Of a DNA stretch of 64,000 nucleotides, positions 53,511 to 64,000 are shown piece after piece. Both the position numbers and the translations under genes were made by a program. The stretch is from contig NC_068984.1 in assembly GCF_001194135.2 (NCBI RefSeq), forward strand, positions 86,901,384 to 86,965,383, written 5' to 3'. Numbering within the stretch: position 1 is the stretch's first letter; the number at the start of each line of letters is the position of its first letter. Source of the DNA: Octopus bimaculoides (lineage: Eukaryota). Below the pieces are notes generated by a model. It had not been told where the DNA came from. It saw only the letters and a list, made by a program, of their open reading frames with translations, and searched no databases.

Positions 53511-54814
53511 AAATATCACAACTCACTTCGTATCACGGTGTACGAGTTTATTTTTCAATTTTGTTTGACTTTCCTGGACGTTATTGAAACGTCGAACACA
53601 ATTCCCATTCACCGAGTATTTAGATCACATGATCAATTCACCCAACAGCAAACATTAATTACCCAAAACGTCAACAATATTTAGGAAATCCCTTTATATT
53701 TAAGATGCAATCGATCAATATGAATCATTACAATATTTACTTCCCGGTTGATACTCACAGCATTGTTACGTTCACTTCGGTATGTATATTGTTGAACTAA
53801 ATAATTAACCATTATGCGATATTCTTGTTTCATGAAGCTTTTTAAGTTTTCATTACTATTCACAAAACTTTTAACTTTCCATTTCCTACTACGTAATTAT
53901 TTGCTTTTAAAGGTTTTTAAAAAAGAATATAATTAATAGCATGTTCAATGCCTCGTTCATACTTTACTCGAAGCGAAATATGAGACAACCTAATTCATAA
54001 AGAATTGTGACACTGTCAGCTTTGTTTACGACGTACTTGATCAAGCACTAAATTATTTAATTTCATCGCGGGGCAATCCTTCGATATTGGTATACTACGT
54101 CATTCACCCACACAACCTTCTCTCATGACATAGAAAAAGAGGGTGAATGACGGCGTCTCCTCATACCGACACTCTCTATACCAATACCGATGCCAAAACA
54201 TTAAAAAATATCCATTTTTCTGAAAGTTATGAGGAAGTAAAGTCGATAGGAGAAGGGCATACTTGTGTATGTACACCAGCTACACCTTATTAACCATAAG
54301 TCATCTTGACAATTAGAATCGACTCATGACATATACAACAACAATGTTACGTAAGGAGTGATTCAAGAAGATACTAATTGATTGACACGAGTTCTGTGCG
54401 CATCGTTAATAGTTTTTCGGAAAAAAAAAGGTTATTTATTACAAATTATGTTAAAAAATAATATTACATATTATTTCAATAAAAATGAAATACGTGTGAT
54501 TCATTCATATGGCGATAACAGTAGGCGAACCCGAATTTAAAACTGGGGTGAAGTTCAGCGACGATCATTGAATTTGTTAGAGTTGGTACTACTCCCAGGT
54601 TTTACTTATTGTTGATAGGTTCTTGAGAAGTGTGACAAAGTGAGACGAAACCAGTTTTACCATAGGCTCAATGATATAAACAAGAAGGTGGGGTTCTTAT
54701 CAGGTTATTTTTTTTTTCGGCAACTTCTTTGGATGTAAGTGCTTTGAACGAGAAAATTTATGATTCTGTCTAGTACGGAAGAAAATCAAAATTTCATTTG
54801 TTTTTACCACCCAC

Positions 54815-54905
54815 TTTTTCCTTTGTAGACTTTTCCGAAACATTTTTGGATTTGGATTTTAGAAAATGCGTTTCGGCTAAACAAAGTTTTCCCAAATTTT
54901 AACAT
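54815..54905 (-). CDS. MRPL19: Candidate MRPL19 exon 1 (option B), mitochondrial-presequence-like
   Basis: ATG MLKFGKTLFSRNAFSKIQIQKCFGKVYKGK + A|gtgggt (phase 1, fits the 48567 acceptor); basic and free of D/E; CpG-containing region. Donor is only moderate. Confidence 0.35.
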
Positions 54906-56190
54906 AATTTTCGTAATTAAAAATGAAAAAGCATAATGTTGTACATCTGCAGGGCTCGAGGCAAACGACAGATGTGCATAAGGAAAACACATTTGCGATA
55001 TGAAAACCATTCAGAAATATGCTATTGCAACATTCTGTCTTTATCCGCGCCTAGTAAGCCAGGAAACAAGTCTATTAACGTTCTACAGAGAGATTCTCTA
55101 CTCTAAGAAAATTTGTATGAAAAATTAAAATGTAACGATGTGTGTTACACGTTTAGATCCGCGCCGTACTTTTCCCTAGAAAATGAAAGAAGCTTTCATA
55201 AGGTTTGGGCTGTTGGCGAGATAAAGTTTATTCTTTCATATCTAGTTTCGAACATTATTTTGTAATTTTTTAAATCCCTTTTTTGGCAGAATCTTATTGT
55301 TCGTTTCTTTCAAACATACAGCTCACAGCTGTTAAAAATTGAAAATTTTGTAAGAATGGGAGCACAATTTTAAAAGCATGAAATAATTTTTTTTTTCATT
55401 TTTTTTTTTTTATAAAATTATTATCCTCCACTTTGAAAATCTAGAAATCGGGAAAATTGTCGAAGATATGGTTAAAGGTCCCAGAAAGAAAGGAAAACGT
55501 TGCAGCCAGTTATATTGTGTGCTCTGATCAATGAAAATGTTTATAGCCTTATTTAAAAACTAGAAAGCATCGGACAAATCTTTAGATGTTAAAGCAAGGT
55601 TTTAATTTGTAAGTTCTAATAATATCCTTTGATAGCCCAGCAGAAACCTGAAATAAGCCAATTACTACATTGCCATGTAACACAAGATTTAGAGTAGCCT
55701 TTACTGTGACTAGTGCCCCAGAATGATAAGCAGCTAGTGGCTTGAGATTAAGATATCCTGAAGCATTACTGCCAGGTAGGAGAGCCATACAGCCTTTGGC
55801 TGTCTTGAAACTTGGTACATTTTTGTCAACTTTTAAAATGTCAGTTCATTTTAGCATTTGTTTTCAAAACTGGACTGTCTTATCTATATTAAAATTTCCT
55901 GTGTTATGTATTTTCTTTTGCCAAAAATATTTTTCAATAAAACTGGAAAAATTTTTTGTATGTATTGATAAGCTTAGATATAATTTGAAGTATATTATTG
56001 CCACTTCTACTTGAGGTTGATTTTGTGTTCTGTAAGAATCTTCCAGTTGCATGTTTAATTTTTTATACAGTCCAGGTTTTATCTATGTATGTCCTTTACT
56101 AATGTCTTGACTAATTTTCTCCATTTTTTTTTCATCTGTTCATATTACGCAGTTAACAGTCTGTAAAAATTCCTGCCATTGAATGCCAAA

Positions 56191-56344
56191 ATGAAGAGAA
56201 GAAGTGTGGGAGAAAGTGATCATGTAGCAAAACGTAAAAACAACAAGCATGCTTTTGAGATTTCTAAAGCATCTCCGTGTGAAGTCCATAAACTATTGCC
56301 AACTTCAAGAAGAGGAGTTAAACGAGCTGGTCCTTATTTGTTAG
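56191..56344 (+). CDS. STK40: Serine/threonine kinase 40 (STK40, TRIB-related pseudokinase), first coding exon
   Basis: Acceptor tacgcag| at 56152, aaaATG at 56191, G|gtatgt donor; MKRRSVGE...RGVKRAGPYLL(G) resembles vertebrate MKRRA...KRAGPFILG. Confidence 0.92.
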
Positions 56345-56899
56345 GTATGTTATTATTTATTATGTATTTGTTGGACCTGTCAGAAGTCTTTATTTTCTGT
56401 ATTTCATAAAAGAGCAGACATAGGCATGGCTGTGTGATTAAGAAGTTTGCTTTGCAACCATATGGTTTCAAGTTCAATCCCACTGCACCTTGTGCAAGTG
56501 TCTTCTACTATAGTTCTGGGCTGACCAAAGCCTTATGAGTGTATTTGGTTAAAGAAACTAAAAAGAAGCCCATCATATATCTATGTGTGTGTGTGTGTGT
56601 GTTTCTTTGTCTTGGAATTGCATGCTAATTGTAAATGAGCTTCACCATTTTACAGGCACTGATGTTTATAATCTTCTGTGAAAACATGTCAAGCCTAGAA
56701 GAAAATATAAACTTGCTTAGAAACAGATGAAGGTTAATAGAATTTCCAACTGTAGAAATTCTACCTCACTGAATTTCAGCTGATCCATGCAAGCATGGAA
56801 AAGTAGGTGTTAAAACAATGATGATAGTAATTAATATCTTTTCATTTGTATACAATTATTGTATGCAAGTAACGGATTCTCTGCATAATCACTTAACCT

Positions 56900-57070
56900 C
56901 CTAGAAATAGCAGTCAAATCTTCCTCAAATCACACCCTACCATTTTAAAAAAGGGAAGGATACTTTAGATAATATAGTTCTAGCTACTCACATAAAGGCA
57001 GGAAAGATCTTAGATGGAATACCTTAAAACAAGTTTTCTTGATCAGAGTTAGACAGGGGGACTAAGCAGC
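56900..57070 (+). repeat. Dispersed repeat family D
   Basis: ATAGCAGTCAAATCTTCCTCAAATCACACCCTA..., related copies at about 24690, 39945 and 63300 (+) and about 4980 and 8100 (-). Confidence 0.65.
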
Positions 57071-57174
57071 AACAAAAATATATCTTTTGTTTGAAATCTA
57101 GAATTATGTTATACACAAGCTTTGTGACCATTGCATTTATACTCATGCACTTCTAAAACCAATGGACTGAAATA

Positions 57175-57925
57175 CAGTGTGTCCCAAAAGTCACTCATGG
57201 ATTTCAATTCTTAATAACTTCCTTAACTTTACAAATAAATGCATGAAATTTTAACACACTATAAAGGACGTAATGGAAAGTAATATGCACAAGTCAAATT
57301 TTGCAACACCACTACATCACATATGAAAAATGACATCACTTAAATGGCAGCCATTTTCAGCTTCGTATGCCTATGCTCTTTCCAAAACTTGCACCATAAT
57401 ACTCTCTGGGCTAGTCAAGCCTGGTGAACGTGAATGCCATTCAAAGTAAACTTCACACATGGTTCCAGCAAGATGGGGTAACTGCTCATACCGCAAGAGA
57501 AACAACGCAGTTGCTATGGCAGTGCTTTGGAGAGAGAATAATCTGGCCTTCACATTCCCCACACTTGACTAGCCTGGATTTTTTCTTGTGGGGATACCTG
57601 AACGAGAGGGTTTACATCAACAAACCAGAGACCCTGGTGCAACTGAAGGAGAACATCAATAGAGAAATCAGAGAAGTGGGGTCTGAAACTCTTGAGGGTA
57701 TTATGGTACATGTTCTGGAAAGAACATGGGTGTGCAAAGACGAAAATGGCTGCCATTTAAGCAACGTCATTTTTCATATGTGATGTAGTGGTGTTGCAAA
57801 ATTTGACTTGTGCATATTACTTTACATTATGTCCTTTATAGTGTATCAAAATTTCATGTATTTATTTGTAAAGTTAAGGAGGTTATTAAAAATTGAAACC
57901 CATCAGTGACTTTTGGGACACCCTG
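57175..57925 (+). mobile_element. Non-autonomous Tc1/mariner (DDxD-type) derivative with about 232-bp inverted arms
   Basis: TA|CAGTGTGTCCCAAAAGTCACT...AGTGACTTTTGGGACACCCTG|TA; internal WFQQDGVTAHTARE...WPSHSPHLTSLDFFLWGYL; arms 57175-57406 and 57694-57925. Confidence 0.92.
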
Positions 57926-58990
57926 TATTACAAAATACTTGTGCCAGTTCCTTCAGATATGCCCAAATGAGTTAATACAGAATAGCTATTAAAATAAATA
58001 TTACCCCACCCAACCCCATCCATTTTTTATTATCATCCTTGCTCTTACTGTTTCCACCAATCACTTCCTTTTGTGCCTTGAGCCACTGATCTCTCTCCTC
58101 TGCTATACTTCATTCTTAACACCGCTCTTATCTGCTATCATTCTCAATGCCTGCTTATTTCTACTATCATACTCCACTTACTATATAGCCCTCTTATGTA
58201 CTTCTGTATCCTTCCCTTCACTGCTCCCACCCCTTGCACATCAACCACCCCTACATTCTGTTCTGTTCTCCTTCCTGAGTCACTCCTATATCTCCTATAT
58301 TGCACCTTTTCATACTAGTTTTTCCCCTCAACTATACTTCCACCCTTGTTCATCATTCACTACATTCACCTCCAACCCCATCTTTTGCCATCTGTTAATC
58401 TCTTTCACACACTTTGAAAGTATCCACTCCCCCTCCACTCTCATGATCTACTGTCCATATCCTCTCTTATGCCCACTTTCTTGCACCTTGAGAGATTTCT
58501 CTGGTACTCCATCACTACCCTTCCTTTTTATCTCCTCAATTACTTCCATCCATCAGTATGTATTTCTTCACATGTGTTCATGAGGTAACTGTAACTTGGC
58601 ATAAAATTTAGAATGTTTGACTGTTGTTATTCTGTTCATCACTTATAGGTAGTGGATTGGCAGAACTGGTAGTGTTGGATAAATATATCTTGTAAAATTT
58701 AGTTACATCATTTTAGATTTTGAGTTCAAATCCTGCTCGGATTGATGTGTTTTTCATCCATTCAGCAGTTGGCAGAATAATACTGGTCAAGAACTGAGGT
58801 CAGTATAATTTGTGGCTTTGTATTAGCTAGAAATCAATCAGATCATCAGCTAGAATGCTATGTTAGTTGTTGAATTATAACAAAATGTTTCACTGGATTT
58901 TTTTTTTTTTGTTGTCATTTTATATTAAAATGCTTAAATAGTAGTTGAATCTGTTCATTTCTTGCTATGTTAATCATGGTTTTATTACAG

Positions 58991-59076
58991 GACCTCGACT
59001 AGGTTCATCTCCAGTTCGAAGCATTGTTCAGTGTCTTGCAAGAAAAGAAGGCACAAATGAATTTTATACCTTAAAG
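58991..59076 (+). CDS. STK40: STK40 second coding exon, 86 nt
   Basis: ttacag|GA to AAG|gtaagc; (G)PRLGSSPVRSIVQCLARKEGTNEFYTLK versus vertebrate GPRLGNSPVPSIVQCLARKDGTDDFYQLK. Confidence 0.97.
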
Positions 59077-60189
59077 GTAAGCTCATTGATTTCAATGTTT
59101 AGAGATAAAAATTTCAACTGTAAGCACAAAATAAAACTCTGGAAATGAATACCATTAAGTTTATTGAACTATTATTCTGTATAAAATTAGGTGACCTTAT
59201 TAAAGTCCTTAAAAATGTGGGACTTCATCCATTCATCCAGCTTTTCCACTTGTTCCTGAGAGGGTCATAGGGGTAGAATCCTTAGGCCCCTTTTCTATAG
59301 GGCTCTATTATTAGAATTTTCCAGTTGGATTCTGAACCATAACCAACTGAGATAAGGTATATTATCCCACTATCTTGTTCTCGATTTACTCCTTGGTCTC
59401 CTACCAGTTGGCTTGACCAGAAGACTTTGTCTTACGATTCTTTCTTACGACATTGTTATAAACTATAATATTCTATTATTAAATCTTTTCTACAATAGTA
59501 AATAGCAGATAAAAATATAGAAATCCTATTTTGTATTGAGTACAAAAGCATGGTACAGCATTGAATGAGGTTGATGGATGAATGCAGTCTTTACTTAATA
59601 TAAAACAACATGTCTTAATCACCAGGAAGCCATGGTCAATGGATTAGACATCTAACAGAACAAAGAAGTGGTCTACGCCAGACATTTTAATCACATGTCC
59701 ATAGTACTGGAGCTGTGACCTCTCGATGCAAAGTAGTAGCTCAACATGGAGAGACTCCCTGATCTCTGAGCTACTCACCTTGTCAAGTAATGTTATTCCA
59801 GAGAACCTTCAGAGGTACTCTCATTTCAGCTATATGTATTTGTGATATCACTCTCTTTTGGTTATTACCCAACATTCGTGACCACAGGTGAGGATAGGTA
59901 CAAAAATCAAATTGAAAATAGTGAGTTTTGCTTTTTTACCAACCTCTCTTCTTTTAAGGATGTTGTGAAATCCTGACACCTCCGTGGGATAGCAAGTCAA
60001 CTGTCCTAAACCGTATAAAGGCACATGCGCACTATCAGTGAGGGACAGTCTGACGTGTGCAGGTGCTTTGTGAAGACAGTCGTAGAAGTCGTTGAGAAGA
60101 GATTGTTTGTTATGTGTTGTTTCTGATTTATATTTGTATTGTTATCACCTTGTTATAAGTCCATGTTATAAAGTGGCATTTACAGTGAG

Positions 60190-60660
60190 TTCAAAGGACA
60201 TAACAGTGTCGACAAGACACTACAATGGACTAAATGCAGGAGCTGGCTCATTACTGCAATTTTAGCATCCAATTCAACCTCCTGCTTTGCATCTCTCATG
60301 AATACAGCTCTGAGATACTTAAAATTCTCCATTTGTCTCAGTGATGTTCCATTAAATGCACAATGCACTGCAAAGAATTTCGTGAGAGAACCAGTGTCTC
60401 AGTCTTCACAACACCAATTTTTATCCTTACCTTGCTGCACTCAGCAGCAAATCCATTCAGTGCATGCTAGCTATCAGCTCCTGATGAGCTAAGAAGCAGC
60501 ATGTCATCTGCAAATAACAGCTGACAAATCCTACACCCACTGATTGTAATACTATTTCCATAATGGCTGCACATGTCAATCCAGTTCATAAAAATTGTGG
60601 AAAGGAGAGGTGGCAACACACATGCTGAAAGGTTTTCATTTAGCACCATTTACCTGACTC
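60190..60660 (-). mobile_element. Decayed RTE (Rex3/Expander-like) RT fragment
   Basis: ACVLPPLLSTIFMNWID...QLLFADDMLLLSSS and LRQMENFKYLRAVF, corresponding to GCVLSPLLF, LLFADD and FKYLG motifs. Confidence 0.8.
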
Positions 60661-60787
60661 AAAAAGTTTTATCATACATCTTGGTCACTGTATCACATTG
60701 ACCAAGTTGTACAGTAAAACCTTTTGAAAAGAAATTTTATAGTATATGATATCATAAAATAAACTACAGAAATTTATATAATAGCAT

Positions 60788-61280
60788 ATCATCATCATCA
60801 TCATCATCATCGTTTAACGTCCGCTTTCCATGCTAGCATGGGTTGGACGATTTGACTGAGGACTGGTGAAACCGGATGGCAACACCAGGCTCCAATCTAA
60901 TTTGGCAGAGTTTCTACAGCTGGATGCCCTTCCTAACGCCAACCACTCAGAGAGTGTAGTGGGTGCTTTTATGTGTCACCCGCATGAAAATGGCCATGCT
61001 CGAAATAGTGTCTTTTATGTGCCACCCGCACAAGAGCCAGTCCAGGGGCACTGGCAACGATCTCGCTCGAAAACCCTACAAGGCCAGTCAGGCGGTACTG
61101 GCAACGGTCACGCTCAAGATGGTACATCTTATGTGCCACTCGCACAAGAGCCAGTCCAGGGGCCCTGGCAACGATCTCACTTGGCTTGCCGGGTCTTCTC
61201 ACGCACAGCACATTTCCAAAGGTCTCGGTCAGTAGTCATCGCCTCGGTGAGGCCTAATGTTCGAAGGTCTTGCCTCACCA
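60788..61280 (-). mobile_element. Family B SINE (RTE-type 3' tail, ATG-repeat end) with an internal duplication
   Basis: (CAT)n CGTTTAACGTCCGCTTTCCATGCTAGCATGGGTTGGACG...GGATGCCCTTCCTAACGCCAACCACTC; unit TATGTGCCAC.CGCACAAGAGCCAGTCCAGGGGC.CTGGCAACGATCTC occurs at about 61016 and 61131. Older copies at about 5820, 6130-6490, 7830, 11970, 14430, 35930, 36960, 42090-42590, 43125 and 43860. Confidence 0.88.
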
Positions 61281-61749
61281 CTGAACCAAAATTTAATTTA
61301 AATACTGTTTCCATATTATATACCATGGAGACATTCTTAAAAACAAGAGAAGGACAAAAAAACTAGCTGGCAAGTAGCTTATATGGTTACATTAAAAGGC
61401 AAAGAAAGAAGTAGGTACAATCTTGTTACAATGTCTTCTGAAAACTGAAACCTATCCTTTTTTTTCAAAACCATATCAAATAATAAACAACAATTCACCA
61501 AATATTCTAATTAAACAATAATCATAGCTTCCTTCTTGGGATGGTTTTAATTTTGTTATTTTATTACCCATGGCTACATACTATAGCTCAAAATTCATCA
61601 AAATAAAGATCTGCAGAAGATAAATCCATTAAAAATGTCTTAAAAGAAATTGTCAAGATTACTTTCCACTTGATACATTCCAGAAAAGTCTAATCTAGTC
61701 ATTTTTTTTTCTTTTTCCTGGAATACAAAAATGTTTAAAAGAAACTTAC

Positions 61750-61828
61750 CTGTATTAACATAAGGTTTAAATTCTTCTCCCATTCGATCAACCATCAAAC
61801 ACAGCACTTCAAGACCATTCAAGGAAAT
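61750..61828 (-). pseudogene. CLASP: Orphan CLASP-like (CLIP-associating protein, TOG1 domain) exon, 79 nt, antisense within STK40 intron 2
   Basis: ccttcaag|ATT to ACA G|gtaagt; ISLNGLEVLCLMVDRMGEEFKPYVNT resembles the CLASP1/2 TOG1 segment (VSLLGMEILGAFVDRLSTRFKSYV, recalled). No neighbouring CLASP exons found by eye. Confidence 0.7.
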
Positions 61829-62447
61829 CTTGAAGGTGTGTTTAAAATGCTTACAGTTGTCTTTTATGATGTAATTGTTTCAGTTTCATCACAGGATCTC
61901 AGATCAAATTATTCGCTATACAAATACAACTCTAAAACTAGAAAAAAAATGTCTAGTGTAGTCCCCAAGTTGTTATGGAGCTTATAGACATAGAAAAGTC
62001 TATATGATTATACTATTGTTGATAATGTTAGTTTGTAAGTAAGGCAGCAAGCTGGCAGAATCGTTACCATGCTGGGCAAAATGCATAGCGGCATTTTGTC
62101 TGTCTTTAACATTCTGAGTTCAAATTCCATTGAGGTTGACGTTGCTTTTCATCCTTTCAGTGTCGATGAATTAAGTACCAGTTGAGCACTGGGGTCAATG
62201 TAATTAACTTGCCCCCTCTCTGAAACTTCTGGCCTTCTATTCAAATTTGAAACAAAGTCAGCAAGTCTTATAGCCTTCCATGCAAAGAATGCATACATTG
62301 CTTTAGTGAATAATAAAGATTTTTGTTCACTGTAAGTATATAATTAGTATCATATGTCAGGATATGTAAGGAATAAAGGTTTTATATATTTTTGCACATG
62401 TTTTCGTTGCCATGACTGTGTGGTAAAATGTTTGATTGTTGTTGTAG

Positions 62448-62582
62448 ATACTGACAATGGAAGATTCAGAGCATGCCAACCAAGATGACCATCAGGGTAA
62501 AATGTTAATGCATACAGAATATTCACTGCTTTCGCTACTACACAACCAAGATGGTGTTGTACATCATCATGGATTGTTCAAA
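62448..62582 (+). CDS. STK40: STK40 third coding exon, 135 nt; gene continues beyond the window
   Basis: ttgtag|ATA to AAA|gttagt; ILTMEDSEHANQDDHQGKMLMHTEYSLLSLLHNQDGVVHHHGLFK, with the QGKML.HTEYSLLSLL...DGVVHHHGLF hallmark. Confidence 0.97.
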
Positions 62583-62932
62583 GTTAGTATTGGTTAATTT
62601 TTTTCTTTTTGAGTTTCTTTATCCCATGTCTTCTGAATGTAACTGCTGCAACATTGTCTCCTGGAAAGGATGTCAGAGTGTCTTATTATTGAAGTATATA
62701 AATGTGTGTGTCTTTTGCTGTTGTATTTCTATCTTTTTTTTTTAATGTAATTTTTTTTACTTGCCTCAGTCACTTGATTGTGGCCATGTTGTGGCTCCAC
62801 CTTGAAGGGCTTTTAGCCAAGCGAATTGACCCCAGTACTTATTTTTTAAAGCCTGGTGCTTATTCTATCAGTTTCTTTCTCTGAACTGCTAAATTACAAA
62901 CCAACACTAGTTGCCAAGAGGTGGTGGGGGGT

Positions 62933-63214
62933 GACACACACACACACACACGCACGCNNNNNNNNNNNNNNNNNNNNNNNNNNNNNNNNNNNNNNNNNNN
63001 NNNNNNNNNNNNNNNNNNNNNNNNNNNNNNNNNNNNNNNNNNNNNNNNNNNNNNNNNNNNNNNNNNNNNNNNNNNNNNNNNNNNNNNNNNNNNNNNNNNN
63101 NNNNNNNNNNNNNNNNNNNNNNNNNNNNNNNNNNNNNNNNNNNNNNNNNNNNNNNNNNNNNNNNNNNNNNNNNNNNNNNNNNNNNNNNNNNNNNNNNNNN
63201 NNNNNNNNNNNNNN

Positions 63215-63258
<44 letters not shown>
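62933..63258. repeat. (CA)n microsatellite interrupted by an assembly gap (N 62958-63214)
   Basis: CA repeats on both sides of the N run. Confidence 0.95.
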
Positions 63259-63263
<5 letters not shown>

Positions 63264-63703
63264 TTTTGTCTGAGCCTTTCAACTTCACTGAGATAGCATG
63301 TGATTGCTTGGAATAGCAATCAAATCTCCAAATCACACCCTAGCAATTTGGGGACAGATATGCTGGACAGAATATTGTTCCTGATACTCAGAGACGAAAT
63401 GGTCATGGCTGTAGAGCCTTTGATTGTAGGAATAAGCCTAACTTGGGATTAAACAATAATAAAACAATTCAGTTTACTTATCACACTTTGTTTAGTGACA
63501 ATGTGCTTTCACAAGATGTGATGACCACAAAGCCAATACTGTTAGCCATTTTCTTTAGTAGTACAAAGGAATATTTGTTATATATGTACTTATTTCATCA
63601 TTATTATCATTGTAGTTGTTATTGTTGTTGAGTGATACGTTTTTTTGTCTGAATTGAACCCACTGGGAAGCTATAACCAACAGTACTATTGTTTACAAAA
63701 TTC

Positions 63704-63942
63704 CATCATCATCATCATCATTGTTTAACGTGCGCTTTCCATGCTAGCATGGGTTGGACGATTTGACTGAGGATTGGTGAACCAGATGGCTACACCAGGC
63801 TCCAATCTGATTTGGCAGAGTTTCTACAGCTGGATGCCCTTCCTAACGCTAACCACTCCGAGAGTATAGTGGGTGCTTTTATGTGCCATCGGCATGAAGG
63901 CCAGTCAGGCGGTACTGGCAACAGCCACACTCAAAATGGTGT
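63704..63942 (-). mobile_element. Family B SINE, young copy nearly identical to 60788
   Basis: Almost base-for-base match to about 60800-60980. Confidence 0.88.
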
Positions 63943-64000
63943 AGAACCGGGACTAAATATCTCAAATACATAGATCTGCATTTGGAATAATTATTTATAC

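Noticed and set aside
54586-54600. ACTACTCCCAG resembling the ZNF143/SBS bidirectional-promoter motif
   Set aside because: Spacing does not fit the ACTACAnnTCCCA consensus
58071-58583. 170-aa ORF
   Set aside because: C/T-rich low-complexity intronic DNA with no recognisable motif
59961-60178. Possible solo LTR (TG...CA, TATA-like motif)
   Set aside because: No TSD and no second copy in the window
60866-61366. 166-aa ORF and overlapping ORFs
   Set aside because: Reading frames through a SINE and its internal duplication
1-64000. CRISPR arrays, rRNA, operons or prokaryotic defence systems
   Set aside because: The sequence is intron-containing animal DNA and no repeat-spacer array or rRNA was seen

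Overview
AT-rich, repeat-dense animal genomic DNA with spliceosomal introns and three N gaps. It is probably an octopus/coleoid cephalopod, inferred from recalled SINE families and not verified. Three genes can be reconstructed by hand from splice sites and protein motifs. (1) The 3' half of a p90 ribosomal S6 kinase (RSK) on +, six exons from 2501 to 15529. (2) Mitochondrial ribosomal protein L19 (MRPL19) on -, five exons from 48567 down to 40706, with exon 1 unresolved and one probable GC-AG intron. (3) The first three coding exons of STK40 on +, 56191-62582, head-to-head with MRPL19. The most notable observations are a candidate alternative RSK C-terminus (internal donor plus a 48-nt cassette exon plus a new last exon) that keeps the ERK-docking LAQRR but drops the PDZ-binding tail, and an intact-looking orphan CLASP-like exon on the antisense strand inside STK40 intron 2. 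There are also several long palindromic DNA-transposon derivatives (two with verified 8-9 bp TSDs and TTAGGG hexamers) and decayed hammerhead-ribozyme-like motifs at retroelement ends. The rest is SINEs, decayed RTE/Penelope/HERO-like retroelements, mariners and microsatellites. Nearly all other ORF-track entries are spurious.
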